Source: Firmicutes bacterium UBA2203 (GTDB lineage: Bacteria > Bacillota > Desulfotomaculia > Desulfotomaculales > Nap2-2B). From it: a stretch of 64,000 bases of DNA. This document shows, in pieces, positions 44,654 to 53,922 of the stretch (its first letter is position 1; every line of letters starts with the position of its first letter). The stretch lies in contig DCUX01000004.1 of the NCBI GenBank assembly GCA_002327235.1, positions 28,020 to 92,019 on the forward strand, given 5' to 3'. Under the pieces are notes generated by a model that did no database searches, was not told where the DNA came from, and saw nothing but the letters and a program-made list of their open reading frames with translations. The translations under genes were made by a program, and so were the position numbers.

Positions 44654-46252
44654 TTATTTTCTTTTTTCCGGTGGTTTTGGTTTTAAACCCGCTTTCATCC
44701 GGTGCAGGTTTTCTTTACCCAATAAATGGGGACGGGTTAGCATGGCCCACCAGGGGGCGCGCACCACCACATCTTTTAATTCGGCTGGAGACAAAGGCAT
44801 AACCGGATATAAAAAAGGAATCCCAAAGGAGCGTAAAGAGGCCAAGTGGGTTATTAAGATGATTAAACTAGTAATTAAGCCAAATAAACCGGTAAAGGCG
44901 GCAATCATGGTTAAAGGGAACCTGATTAATCTTAAAGACAAGGTTCCGGCGTAACAAAGCGTAAATGAAGCAATACCGGTTAAGGCCACCGCAATTACCG
45001 TTGCCGGAGATACCAGCCCCGCCCGCACTGAAGCATCTCCAATCACAATTGCCCCTACAATGCTTACCGCCTGACCTACCGGCTGGGGCATGCGAATGCC
45101 GGCCTCTCTTAAGGTTTCAAAAGTTAAGTCCATCAGTAAAACTTCCACAATAGTGGGAAAAGGGACCGCTTCTCTTTGGCCGGCAATGCTTAAAAGCAAA
45201 GCCGTAGGTAGCATTTCCTGGTGGAAAGTAAGTAAAGCCACGTAGATAGCCGGCGCGGTAACGAAAAATATTAAAGCTATGAGGCGGATTAGCCTGATTA
45301 AAGAATAGAAGAAGTAGCGTTGGTAATAATCTTCCGGGGATTGAATAATTTCGTTAAATAAGGTCGGAACGGTAAGCACATAAGGGGAGCCGTCGGTAAG
45401 GATGGCCGCCCGGCCCTCTAAGAGCATGGCCGCCACTTTATCTACCCGGTCGGTATGGTTAATGGTGCAAAAGGGCGATAAGGGGTTATCGTCAATTAAT
45501 TCTTCCAGGTAACCTGATTCTAATACCGCGTCAATCTCAATCCGGGAAAGCCTTTCTTTTACCTCGGTCACCAGCCCGGGATAAACCACCCCTTTAATGT
45601 AGATTACGGCCACATCGGTACGGGTAATTTGGCCGATTGGCCTGACTTCAATTTTTAAGGCCGGGTTTTTAATCCGCCGCCGCAGTAAAGAAGTATTGGT
45701 GCGCAAGGTCTCCACAAAAGACTCGCGGGGGCCGCGGACCACCACGTCGGTTTTCGAATCTTGGATGCTTCTGGCTTCCCAGCCGCGGGCGCTGTTAATA
45801 ATCGCTCTGGCGTGCCCATCAACCAGTAAGACGGTATCCCCGGACATAATGGCGTCAATAAGGCGCGCTAAACTGTCCGTTTCATCAATCTGGTGAATGC
45901 AAAGGCCGCGGTCGCGGATAAAATCAAAAGCCTGGGCTTTGCTAATTTTATATTCTTTGGGTAAGGCCGGGGGTACCTCCAGGGAAAGGGTGCGCATGAC
46001 AAAGTTGCTGACCTGGATTTTATCCGCCAGGCCGTCGACATAAATTAAAGCCAGGCGAATATCGGGGAGCTGGGCAAAATTAAATTCCCGGAAGACCACG
46101 TCAGAGCAATCGGCCAGGATAAAATGTAAGGTGGTTAGATTTTCTTTAAGGCTAGTTTTTAGCTTTTGGCTGCGCCAGGCTTGTTCCTTAACTCCCGGGC
46201 TTTCTAGTTTGGTGGCTTCCTGGGTCTTTTTTGACTTAAAAAAATCGAACAT
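44654..46252 (-). CDS. spore germinant receptor subunit A
   Basis: 532-aa GerAA/GerKA family protein: soluble domain plus a C-terminal TM bundle. Confidence 0.9.
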   Translation of the reverse strand: MFDFFKSKKTQEATKLESPGVKEQAWRSQKLKTSLKENLTTLHFILADCSDVVFREFNFAQLPDIRLALIYVDGLADKIQVSNFVMRTLSLEVPPALPKEYKISKAQAFDFIRDRGLCIHQIDETDSLARLIDAIMSGDTVLLVDGHARAIINSARGWEARSIQDSKTDVVVRGPRESFVETLRTNTSLLRRRIKNPALKIEVRPIGQITRTDVAVIYIKGVVYPGLVTEVKERLSRIEIDAVLESGYLEELIDDNPLSPFCTINHTDRVDKVAAMLLEGRAAILTDGSPYVLTVPTLFNEIIQSPEDYYQRYFFYSLIRLIRLIALIFFVTAPAIYVALLTFHQEMLPTALLLSIAGQREAVPFPTIVEVLLMDLTFETLREAGIRMPQPVGQAVSIVGAIVIGDASVRAGLVSPATVIAVALTGIASFTLCYAGTLSLRLIRFPLTMIAAFTGLFGLITSLIILITHLASLRSFGIPFLYPVMPLSPAELKDVVVRAPWWAMLTRPHLLGKENLHRMKAGLKPKPPEKRK

Positions 46253-46427
46253 GGTCCATCCCCTTTTAAAAGAGGCTTTCCTGTTCGACTATTATTAACA
46301 ATATATGATTATTTATACTAAAAAGTTAAATGAAAGTAAAGTGGGTAGAAAAGGGCTTTTTACGGCGATTTTATTCCTTCCCTTGCTCCTATTTTTTAAA
46401 TTAAACTATAATTACTTGGGTCTTTAC

Positions 46428-47123
46428 TCATACCGCACATTCCTGGCCGGGATTAAGCAGGATTACTTCCACGCCAGGGGCGCTTTGCCGTACCAGTTCC
46501 ACGAAGTCTTTTGCCTCCTGGACTAAAATGGGGAAGGTTTTGAAGTGCATGGGGATAACCTTTTTGGGTTTGAGCAGGCTGACGGCGCGGGCAGCCTGCG
46601 GTATGTCCATGGTAAACACACCGCCCACGGGTAAAAGAGCTACATCAATAGGGTAAAGCTCGCCCCACAACTGCATGGTGGAAAAGATACAGGTGTCACC
46701 AGAATGATAAATAGTGCAGCCGTCTTCCAGTTTAATGATGTAACCGGCCGGATTTGCGGTTTCCGAAGAATGGTAAGCCTGGGTCATGGTAATGGCTATA
46801 CCGTCTACCACCGCGGTGCCGCCAATATTCATGCCCATGCCGCCAAAGACAATTTTATCGTCCAGAACACCCATGCCCTTTAATTTACCTACGGTTTCCG
46901 GCATGCCTACTAAAATAGCCCCGGTTTTTTTCACTATATCGGCGGCGTTGGCAATGTGGTCAAAATGGTCGTGGGTTACCAGAACCAGATGGGCCGCGGA
47001 TATATCGTTAACACCACAAGCGGCCATAGGGTTACCTTCCAGCCAGGGGTCAATAATAATTACTTTTCCTTGGGCGGAGATAATTTGAAAACAGGCGTGC
47101 CCCAACCACTTAATTTTAGCCAT
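46428..47123 (-). CDS. UPF0173-type metal-dependent hydrolase (metallo-beta-lactamase fold)
   Basis: 231 aa with the HxHxDH motif (VTHDHFDH) and the KWLGHACF N-terminus. Confidence 0.8.
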   Translation of the reverse strand: MAKIKWLGHACFQIISAQGKVIIIDPWLEGNPMAACGVNDISAAHLVLVTHDHFDHIANAADIVKKTGAILVGMPETVGKLKGMGVLDDKIVFGGMGMNIGGTAVVDGIAITMTQAYHSSETANPAGYIIKLEDGCTIYHSGDTCIFSTMQLWGELYPIDVALLPVGGVFTMDIPQAARAVSLLKPKKVIPMHFKTFPILVQEAKDFVELVRQSAPGVEVILLNPGQECAV

Positions 47124-47434
47124 AAAAATTCCTCCTTTTTTATTGATTATTATTATTCTTCTTTTCTTTCTCTAGTTTTAAGTTTTAGTCTGGCCTTTCC
47201 GCAGAACTTCCCTTTTCTACCCTCGGTTTTATAAAGTAAGCCCTTATTTATTATAGATTTATAATTTCGGCAAAAGTTTTATTTTTCCTGCTGATTTTTC
47301 CCTTTTTTAAAATTATAACCATATAGTATAATAAATAAGGCCATTTTATACTAAGGAGAAGCAAGAAAACAAAGAGAAAGAAGCAAAATGTTTTTTTCGT
47401 AAAGACTAATTTTAGGTAACTTTGGCGCAGGAGG

Positions 47435-48586
47435 ATGGTAAAACTGAAACTAAAAAAACAGGTAGCCGTGCTTTTTGGGGGGCGCTCAGAGGAACACGAA
47501 GTATCCTGCCAGTCAGCCCAGACGGTAATTGAGGTCCTGGATAAAGATAAATACGAAGTTATTCCGGTAGGCATTACTAAGGAAGGAAAATGGCTGGCGG
47601 GGTTAACCCCCCAGTCTTTACTCCAAATAGAAAAAATAAGCTTGGCGGCTAGACCAATATTTTTTTCGGGTGACCCTGCCTACCGCGGCCTAATCTGGTT
47701 TGAAGAAAAAAATAGCTCTTCCTCAGCCAGTTTGATTTATGGTAGAATACCGGTTGAAGTGGTTATCCCCGTCCTGCACGGCCCTTACGGGGAAGACGGG
47801 ACGGTGCAGGGCCTGCTGGAGTTAATTGGCGTTCCTTACGTGGGTTGCGGGGTGCTGGCCTCGGCGGTAGGGATGGATAAAATAATGATGAAAAATATTT
47901 TTGCCCAGCATAACCTTCCCCAGCCCAGGTTTTTATCTTGCCGGCGCGGCGATTGGGAGAGGTCAAAAGAGGAGATAATCTCAAGCGTGGAAAAGCAGCT
48001 TAAATATCCTTGTTTTGTTAAGCCGGCCAACCTGGGTTCCAGCGTTGGAATTTCTAAGGCCGGAGAAAAAAAGGAACTGGTGAAAGCGGTAGCCCGGGCA
48101 GCACGCTATGACCGGCGAATAATTTTTGAAGAATATATTGCCGGCCGCGAAATAGAGGTAAGCGTTTTAGGCAACGAGGACCCGGTGGCTTCATTGCCTG
48201 GGGAGATAACCTATGACCAGGAATTTTATGATTACCAGGCCAAATACCGGTCCTCAAAGGTGCGCTTGCATATTCCTGCTTCTTTGCCTGACAAGACCAT
48301 AGACCAGTTGCAGGAACTGGCCATAAAAGCATACCGGGCATTAGATTGTGCCGGTTTAGGAAGGGTAGATTTTTTTTTAAAGGAGCAAACCGGGGAGTTA
48401 TTAGTTAACGAAATAAATACCATGCCGGGTTTTACCCGCTTTAGCATGTACCCCAAACTTTGGGAAGCGAGCGGTTTAGGGATAAGTGAGCTTTTAGACC
48501 GTTTAATTGAGTTGGCTCTTGAGCGGCACCGGAGAAAAATATATTCTGGAATCCTTTCGGCAAAAGCAAAGAAAATAGAGCAATAA
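47435..48586 (+). CDS. ddl: D-alanine--D-alanine ligase
   Basis: 383 aa, ATP-grasp fold, with GGRSEEHEVS and EINTMPGFT motifs. Confidence 0.93.
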   Translation: MVKLKLKKQVAVLFGGRSEEHEVSCQSAQTVIEVLDKDKYEVIPVGITKEGKWLAGLTPQSLLQIEKISLAARPIFFSGDPAYRGLIWFEEKNSSSSASLIYGRIPVEVVIPVLHGPYGEDGTVQGLLELIGVPYVGCGVLASAVGMDKIMMKNIFAQHNLPQPRFLSCRRGDWERSKEEIISSVEKQLKYPCFVKPANLGSSVGISKAGEKKELVKAVARAARYDRRIIFEEYIAGREIEVSVLGNEDPVASLPGEITYDQEFYDYQAKYRSSKVRLHIPASLPDKTIDQLQELAIKAYRALDCAGLGRVDFFLKEQTGELLVNEINTMPGFTRFSMYPKLWEASGLGISELLDRLIELALERHRRKIYSGILSAKAKKIEQ

Positions 48587-48615
48587 AAACTAGCGCAAAT
48601 AAGAAATAGCGCTAG

Positions 48616-48644
48616 TTGACACCCTAAAAGAAAAAGTTTACAAT
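48616..48644 (+). promoter_or_regulatory. consensus sigma-A promoter for infC-rpmI-rplT
   Basis: TTGACA (48616-48621), a 17-nt spacer, then TACAAT (48639-48644). Confidence 0.7.
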
Positions 48645-48674
48645 AACGAAGGTTATAACAGGAGGTGTTTTTAT

Positions 48675-49205
48675 ATTACCAAAGAGTACCGGATAAATGA
48701 AAGTATTCGGGTTAAGGAAGCCAGGGTTATAGACGCTGATAATAATCAAATAGGTATTCTTCCCCTTCAGGAGGCCTTGCGCCTGGCCGAAGAAAGAAAT
48801 CTGGATTTAGTTGAAATAGCGCCCCAAGCCAAGCCTCCGGTATGCCGGATTATGGATTACGGCAAGTTTAAATACGAGCAAAGCAAGCACGATAAAGAAA
48901 TCAAAAAAAAACAGCGGGTTGTTGATATTAAAGAAATAAAACTACGCCCTAATATAGAAGAGCATGATTTTCAAATTAAAGCCAAAAATGCGGCCCGCTT
49001 TCTAAAAGAGGGCGATAAAGTAAAGGCAACGATCATTTTCCGGGGCCGCGAAATTGTGCATACCCAGTTGGGCCAGCAAGTGTTGAAACGTTTGGCAGAA
49101 CAGGTAAAGGAAGTTTCTACGGTTGAAAGGCTGCCTAAACTGGAAGGAAAGAGCATGATCATGATTTTAGCTCCCGTTAAGCAAGAAGAAGTTAAACAAG
49201 CGTAG
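48675..49205 (+). CDS. infC: translation initiation factor IF-3 (ATT start)
   Basis: The N-terminal domain ([34 protein letters not shown]) is in frame upstream of the track start at 48777. The only plausible initiator is ATT 48675, 7 nt after GGAGGTG. Confidence 0.88.
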   Translation: MTKEYRINESIRVKEARVIDADNNQIGILPLQEALRLAEERNLDLVEIAPQAKPPVCRIMDYGKFKYEQSKHDKEIKKKQRVVDIKEIKLRPNIEEHDFQIKAKNAARFLKEGDKVKATIIFRGREIVHTQLGQQVLKRLAEQVKEVSTVERLPKLEGKSMIMILAPVKQEEVKQA

Positions 49206-49225
49206 AGAGGAGATTATTTTTAATT

Positions 49226-49420
49226 ATGCCCAAAATAAAAACTCACCGTGGGGCGGCAAAAAGGTTTAAATTAACGGCTACGGGTAAAATTAAACGGGCT
49301 AGTGCTTTCCACAGCCATTTGCTGGGTAAAAAAACGGCCGGCCGGAAGCGAAAATTAAGAAAAGGTACTCTGGTGGACAAAACTGATAATGCCCGAATTA
49401 AGCGTTTATTGCCTTACTAG
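49226..49420 (+). CDS. rpmI: 50S ribosomal protein L35
   Basis: 64 aa: [15 protein letters not shown]... Confidence 0.95.
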   Translation: MPKIKTHRGAAKRFKLTATGKIKRASAFHSHLLGKKTAGRKRKLRKGTLVDKTDNARIKRLLPY

Positions 49421-49446
49421 GCTAAAAAGAGAGGAGAATTGGTAAT

Positions 49447-49797
49447 ATGCCCAGAGTAAAAAATAGTGTGGTTACCCGCCGGAGACATAAAAAGATTCTT
49501 AAGTTAGCCCAGGGTTACCGCGGGGCAAAGAGCAAGTTGTACCGGGTAGCCAAAGAGCAGGTGATGAAGTCATTAAGCTATGCTTACCGCGATCGCCGCG
49601 TAAGAAAGCGCGATTTTCGCAAATTGTGGATTGCCCGTATTAATGCGGCGGCGCGCTTAAACGGTATTTCATACAGCAGGCTAATGAACGGGTTGCGGTT
49701 GGCCGGGGTGGAGATTAACCGTAAAAATCTAGCTGATTTAGCCGTTCATGATGCCAGTGCCTTTAACCAACTGGTAGAGATAGCTAAAAATAGGTAA
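49447..49797 (+). CDS. rplT: 50S ribosomal protein L20
   Basis: 116 aa: [26 protein letters not shown]... Confidence 0.95.
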   Translation: MPRVKNSVVTRRRHKKILKLAQGYRGAKSKLYRVAKEQVMKSLSYAYRDRRVRKRDFRKLWIARINAAARLNGISYSRLMNGLRLAGVEINRKNLADLAVHDASAFNQLVEIAKNR

Positions 49798-49824
49798 GCT
49801 GCAGGGGCTGCAAAATTTTTCAGT

Positions 49825-51156
49825 ATGGAAAAAATAATTTCTTGGCGTCTTAACCCACCGCAAATACTTGTCCTGGGTTTCGCCGCCCTAATTTTAGCCG
49901 GCGCTCTTTTGTTATCATTACCTCAAGCCTCAAGAACAGGACAATATACTAATTTTTTAACCGCTCTTTTTACGGCTACCTCGGCGGTATGCGTAACGGG
50001 TTTGGTCGTGGTAGACACGGGTACTTACTGGTCTACTTTTGGACAAGGGGTTATCTTGCTTTTAATTCAAATAGGTGGATTAGGTTTTATGACCATGGCC
50101 ACCTTTTTCTTTATTTTAATGGGCCGCCATATTGGTTTAAGAGAGCGCTTGTTAATTCAAGAATCGCTTAATCAATTAAGCTTGGCCGGGGTGGTAAGGC
50201 TAGCGCGCGCCGTACTGCTTTTTACTTTTTTTACCGAGGGTTTTTTTACCTGTATTTTGGCCTTGCGTTGGGCCTTTGATTACGGGTGGTCTACGGGATG
50301 GTGGTTTGGCTTGTTTCACGCCGTATCTGCTTTTAACAACGCCGGTTTTGACCTTTTTGGCCATTTCAAAAGCTTAACCGCTTACGCTTCTGATGCAACA
50401 GTAACTTTTAGCATCACCACGTTAATTATTTTAGGAGGAATAGGTTTTGCGGTAGTTGTGGAGATATTTAAAAAAAACCGTAAAAGGTATATATCAGTCC
50501 ACACCCGTCTGGCTCTTTTAACCACCTTACTGTTAATTGGTTTCGGCCTGTTTTTCTTTGCTTTATTGGAATGGCAGGGTGTACTGGCGGAACTTTCCTG
50601 GCCGGGAAAATTACTGGCTTCCTATTTCCAGGCCGTGACCCCCCGCACGGCCGGATATAATACCGTTGATATTGGTCAGTTGCGAAATGCTACTCAGTTT
50701 TTCCTTATTCTTTTAATGTTTATTGGCGCTTCTCCCGGCTCTACCGGTGGGGGGATCAAAACCACTACTTTCAGCCTTTTGGTTTTAAGTGTCTTATCCT
50801 TAGTTAGAGGAAAGGAAGAGGTGGAAATTTTCCGGCGGCGTCTTCCCGCCTGGCAAGTGTACAAAGCGCTGGCCATTTTATTTTTAGCGGCTATAACGAT
50901 TATTACCGTTACTTTAATTTTATCTATTACTGAGCAGGCGGATTTTTTAGCCCTGCTTTTCGAAACTACCTCCGCTTTTGGTACGGTTGGTTTGAGCACC
51001 GGGATAACGCCGCATCTTTCTGCTCCCGGGCGGATGTTAATTATTTTGACTATGTTTGCCGGCCGCTTAGGCCCTCTGACTTTGGCCTTTGCGCTGGCGC
51101 AGCGCCGGCAAAAAGCAAGCCTCAGGTATCCGGAAGAAAAAATAATGATTGGGTAG
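49825..51156 (+). CDS. ktrB: TrkH/KtrB-family potassium uptake membrane subunit
   Basis: 443-aa multi-TM protein with repeated selectivity-filter-like GxG segments (TAGYNT, GSTGGGIKT, TVGLSTG). Confidence 0.85.
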   Translation: MEKIISWRLNPPQILVLGFAALILAGALLLSLPQASRTGQYTNFLTALFTATSAVCVTGLVVVDTGTYWSTFGQGVILLLIQIGGLGFMTMATFFFILMGRHIGLRERLLIQESLNQLSLAGVVRLARAVLLFTFFTEGFFTCILALRWAFDYGWSTGWWFGLFHAVSAFNNAGFDLFGHFKSLTAYASDATVTFSITTLIILGGIGFAVVVEIFKKNRKRYISVHTRLALLTTLLLIGFGLFFFALLEWQGVLAELSWPGKLLASYFQAVTPRTAGYNTVDIGQLRNATQFFLILLMFIGASPGSTGGGIKTTTFSLLVLSVLSLVRGKEEVEIFRRRLPAWQVYKALAILFLAAITIITVTLILSITEQADFLALLFETTSAFGTVGLSTGITPHLSAPGRMLIILTMFAGRLGPLTLAFALAQRRQKASLRYPEEKIMIG

Positions 51157-51169
51157 GGATGACTTGTTT

Positions 51170-51817
51170 ATGAAACAGTTTGCCGTTATTGGACTTGGCC
51201 GCTTTGGTTCTAGTTTGGCTAGGGCCCTTTGCCGTATGGGTTATGAAGTTTTGGCCATAGATACCAGTGAAGAAAACGTGAACGATATTATGGACGAAAT
51301 TACCTACGCCGTACAAATGGACGCCTTAGAAGAAAGTGCTTTAAAGTCAATGGGAATTCGTAATTTTGACGTGGTTATTGTGGCCATAGGTCAGGATATT
51401 CAAGCCAGTATTTTAGTGACGGTAATGCTTAAGGAAATGGGGGTAAAAAAAGTAATTGCCAAAGCCCAAACAGAACTGCACGGTAAAGTTTTAGAAAAGG
51501 TGGGGGCCGATTTGGTAGTTTTTCCGGAGCGGGATATGGGGGAAAGACTGGCTCATACTTTAATTGCCGCGGATAATATTATGGATTTAATTAATCTTTC
51601 GCCTGATTATAGTATTATTGAATTAAAAACCCCACCTGGATTTATCGGTAAAACGTTACAGGAAGCAGCTTTACGCAAAGAATACGGGATTACCGTAATT
51701 GCTATCCGGCGGGGCAAAGAGGTGATTATTTCACCGGAGGCCAAACAGGTAATCCGGGAAAACGACATTTTGGTGACTATTGGTCGTAATGAGAAGTTAA
51801 AAAAACTGGAGAGGTGA
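51170..51817 (+). CDS. ktrA: TrkA/KtrA-family potassium uptake regulatory subunit
   Basis: ATG 51170 gives MKQFAVIGLGRFG (Rossmann GxGxxG, RCK_N) followed by RCK_C. The track start at 51149 is less likely. Confidence 0.85.
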   Translation: MKQFAVIGLGRFGSSLARALCRMGYEVLAIDTSEENVNDIMDEITYAVQMDALEESALKSMGIRNFDVVIVAIGQDIQASILVTVMLKEMGVKKVIAKAQTELHGKVLEKVGADLVVFPERDMGERLAHTLIAADNIMDLINLSPDYSIIELKTPPGFIGKTLQEAALRKEYGITVIAIRRGKEVIISPEAKQVIRENDILVTIGRNEKLKKLER

Positions 51818-52614
51818 AAAAGATTAAGCAGGATTATCTGCTTAAATATTTACGCCGCTTAACCAGTCAAAAGGGGCGCAAAAAGGAAGGAAAATTCATC
51901 CTGGAAGGAACGCGCGCCGTGGAAGAAGCTTTAGCCGCTGACTGGCCGGTGGAGGCAATCTTTTATACCCGTCAGGCGGCTGCTGGCGAGAAAGTCCGGC
52001 ATATTTTAGCCAAGGCTAAGGCCAGGCGGATAAACCGGCAGGAGATTAGCCCGGTTTTATGCCGGGGATTAGCCGATACCGAAACTCCGTCGGGAATTAT
52101 GGCCTTAGTTAAGCGGTTTGATTACCAATTAAAAGATATATTTCAAAACCAACCTTCGCTCTTAGTGTTGGCCGACGGTATTCAAGACCCGGGTAACTTG
52201 GGAACAATTATTCGCAGCACTGATGCGGCAGGGGCTCAAGGGGTTATTATTACTAAAGGAACGGTGGATTTATATAACCCTAAGGTAATCCGGGCTACTA
52301 TGGGTTCTTTTTTTCATCTCCCGGTAGTAATGGCCGGTACGCTTGAGGAACTAAGAGATTTTATGGCTACTTTTAATTTACAATTAATCGCCGGTCAACA
52401 AAAGTCGCCTAAGTTAATTAAGGCGGTGAATTTAACTCTGCCGACGGTATTGGCGGTGGGCAATGAAGCGTATGGTTTATCCCCGGAGGTACTTAATCTG
52501 GCTAATCATGCGGTTTCTATTCCTATGCCCGGTAAGACCGAATCCTTAAATGCGGCAATAGCTATATCAATCATGCTTTACGAAACAATTCGTCAGCGCT
52601 TGCCTAAACATTAG
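51814..52614 (+). CDS. TrmH/SpoU-family RNA 2'-O-methyltransferase
   Basis: 266 aa with SPOUT motifs (DGIQDPGNLGTIIRS, LAVGNEAYGLS, SLNAAIAISIMLYE). Confidence 0.85.
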   Translation: MKKIKQDYLLKYLRRLTSQKGRKKEGKFILEGTRAVEEALAADWPVEAIFYTRQAAAGEKVRHILAKAKARRINRQEISPVLCRGLADTETPSGIMALVKRFDYQLKDIFQNQPSLLVLADGIQDPGNLGTIIRSTDAAGAQGVIITKGTVDLYNPKVIRATMGSFFHLPVVMAGTLEELRDFMATFNLQLIAGQQKSPKLIKAVNLTLPTVLAVGNEAYGLSPEVLNLANHAVSIPMPGKTESLNAAIAISIMLYETIRQRLPKH

Positions 52615-52625
52615 ACCAGGTTTTA

Positions 52626-52654
52626 TTGTTTTTCAAAATAGGGTGTGATATAAT
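52626..52654 (+). promoter_or_regulatory. putative sigma-A promoter with extended -10, for pheST
   Basis: TTGTTT (52626-52631), a 17-nt spacer, then TATAAT (52649-52654), with TG at 52646-52647. Confidence 0.55.
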
Positions 52655-52855
52655 TAGGCGAGTAAGTCCCCAAAAAGTCAGGAAGGGTTGTGGATAAATG
52701 TTGTTAACCGCTGAATTTTTTTGGAGGCTGTTTGAAACTACCGGCTCTCTTTGGGCCTATATACTTTACCGTAAGTTTATCTTACATTAAACTAAGTAAA
52801 GCAAGTTTTAATAAAATAAATAAGCTTGTTCTTTAAAAGAGGAGGTATTCAAAAA

Positions 52856-53878
52856 GTGGAGGAAAAGCTGCGCCTTATGCTAAAGGCAGCGCAGCAGGCG
52901 ATAGCTAATGCTCAAGATCTAGAGGAAATAAATCAAGTAAGAATTCATTACCTGGGTAAAAAGGGTGAACTGACCCGTATTTTACGGGGGATGGGAGCGC
53001 TAGCGGCTGATGAACGGCGAAACTACGGTCAATTAGCCAATAAAATTAGGGAAGAAATTGAGGAAGCTTTAGAAAAACAAACAAATGTTTTCAAAAATAA
53101 AGAAAAACAAGAACGTTTAGCGGCTGAAAAAATTGACGTTACCTTACCAGGAAATGTTTTTTACCTGGGTCACCTTCATCCCATAACCACTATACTTAAC
53201 CAAATTGAGGACATTTTTTTGGGTCTTGGTTTTTCTATTGCCGAAGGCCCCGAAGTTGAACTCGATTATTATAACTTTGAGGCCCTAAATATTCCTGCTG
53301 GGCACCCGGCCCGGGAACTACAGGATACTTTTTTTATTACGCCTAATATTTTATTGCGTACCCATACTTCACCGGTCCAGGTGCGGACCATGGAGGTTAC
53401 AACCCCAAATATACCCGTTAAAATAATTGCTCCCGGCAAAGTATACCGGCGGGATGACGATGCTACCCATACTCCCATGTTTCACCAGGTGGAAGGATTG
53501 GCTATTGACCGGCAAATTACCTTTGCTGATTTAAAAGGTACTTTGCAATTATTTGCCGCCGAGACATTTGGCGCCGATATCCGGACGCGTTTTAGACCCA
53601 GCTTCTTTCCCTTTACCGAGCCAAGCGCCGAAGTGGATATTTCCTGTGTTATGTGTGCCGGCCAGGGGTGCCGGGTGTGTTCGCAAACTGGCTGGTTGGA
53701 GATTTTGGGTTGCGGGATGGTCCATCCGCGCGTTTTAGAAATGTCCGGTTACAGCTCGGAAGAGGTGACCGGTTTTGCTTTTGGCTTAGGGGTAGAGCGT
53801 ATTGCCATGCTAAAATACGGCATCGATGATATGCGCTTGCTTTTTGAAAATGATTTGCGTTTTTTAGCTCAGTTTTAA
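52856..53878 (+). CDS. pheS: phenylalanine--tRNA ligase alpha subunit
   Basis: GTG 52856 follows AGAGGAGG. Class II motifs ([25 protein letters not shown]). Confidence 0.95.
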   Translation: MEEKLRLMLKAAQQAIANAQDLEEINQVRIHYLGKKGELTRILRGMGALAADERRNYGQLANKIREEIEEALEKQTNVFKNKEKQERLAAEKIDVTLPGNVFYLGHLHPITTILNQIEDIFLGLGFSIAEGPEVELDYYNFEALNIPAGHPARELQDTFFITPNILLRTHTSPVQVRTMEVTTPNIPVKIIAPGKVYRRDDDATHTPMFHQVEGLAIDRQITFADLKGTLQLFAAETFGADIRTRFRPSFFPFTEPSAEVDISCVMCAGQGCRVCSQTGWLEILGCGMVHPRVLEMSGYSSEEVTGFAFGLGVERIAMLKYGIDDMRLLFENDLRFLAQF

Positions 53879-53922
53879 TATTAGTTATATTAGTTATAAT
53901 AAAGGAGGATTATCTTTAACCA

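Noticed and set aside
46305-46526. A 73-aa plus-strand ORF in the gerxA/hydrolase spacer, and the 107-aa minus-strand ORF at 47251-47574
   Set aside because: These are AT-rich promoter regions. The ORFs overlap the ends of real genes, have low-complexity translations, and have no SD.
48645-48674. An L20-binding leader RNA upstream of infC
   Set aside because: The predicted 5' UTR is only about 25 nt, too short for the B. subtilis-type L20 leader.
49798-49824. A terminator after rplT (GCTGCAGGGGCTGCAAAATTTTT)
   Set aside because: Only about 5 bp of stem can form, which is too weak to call.
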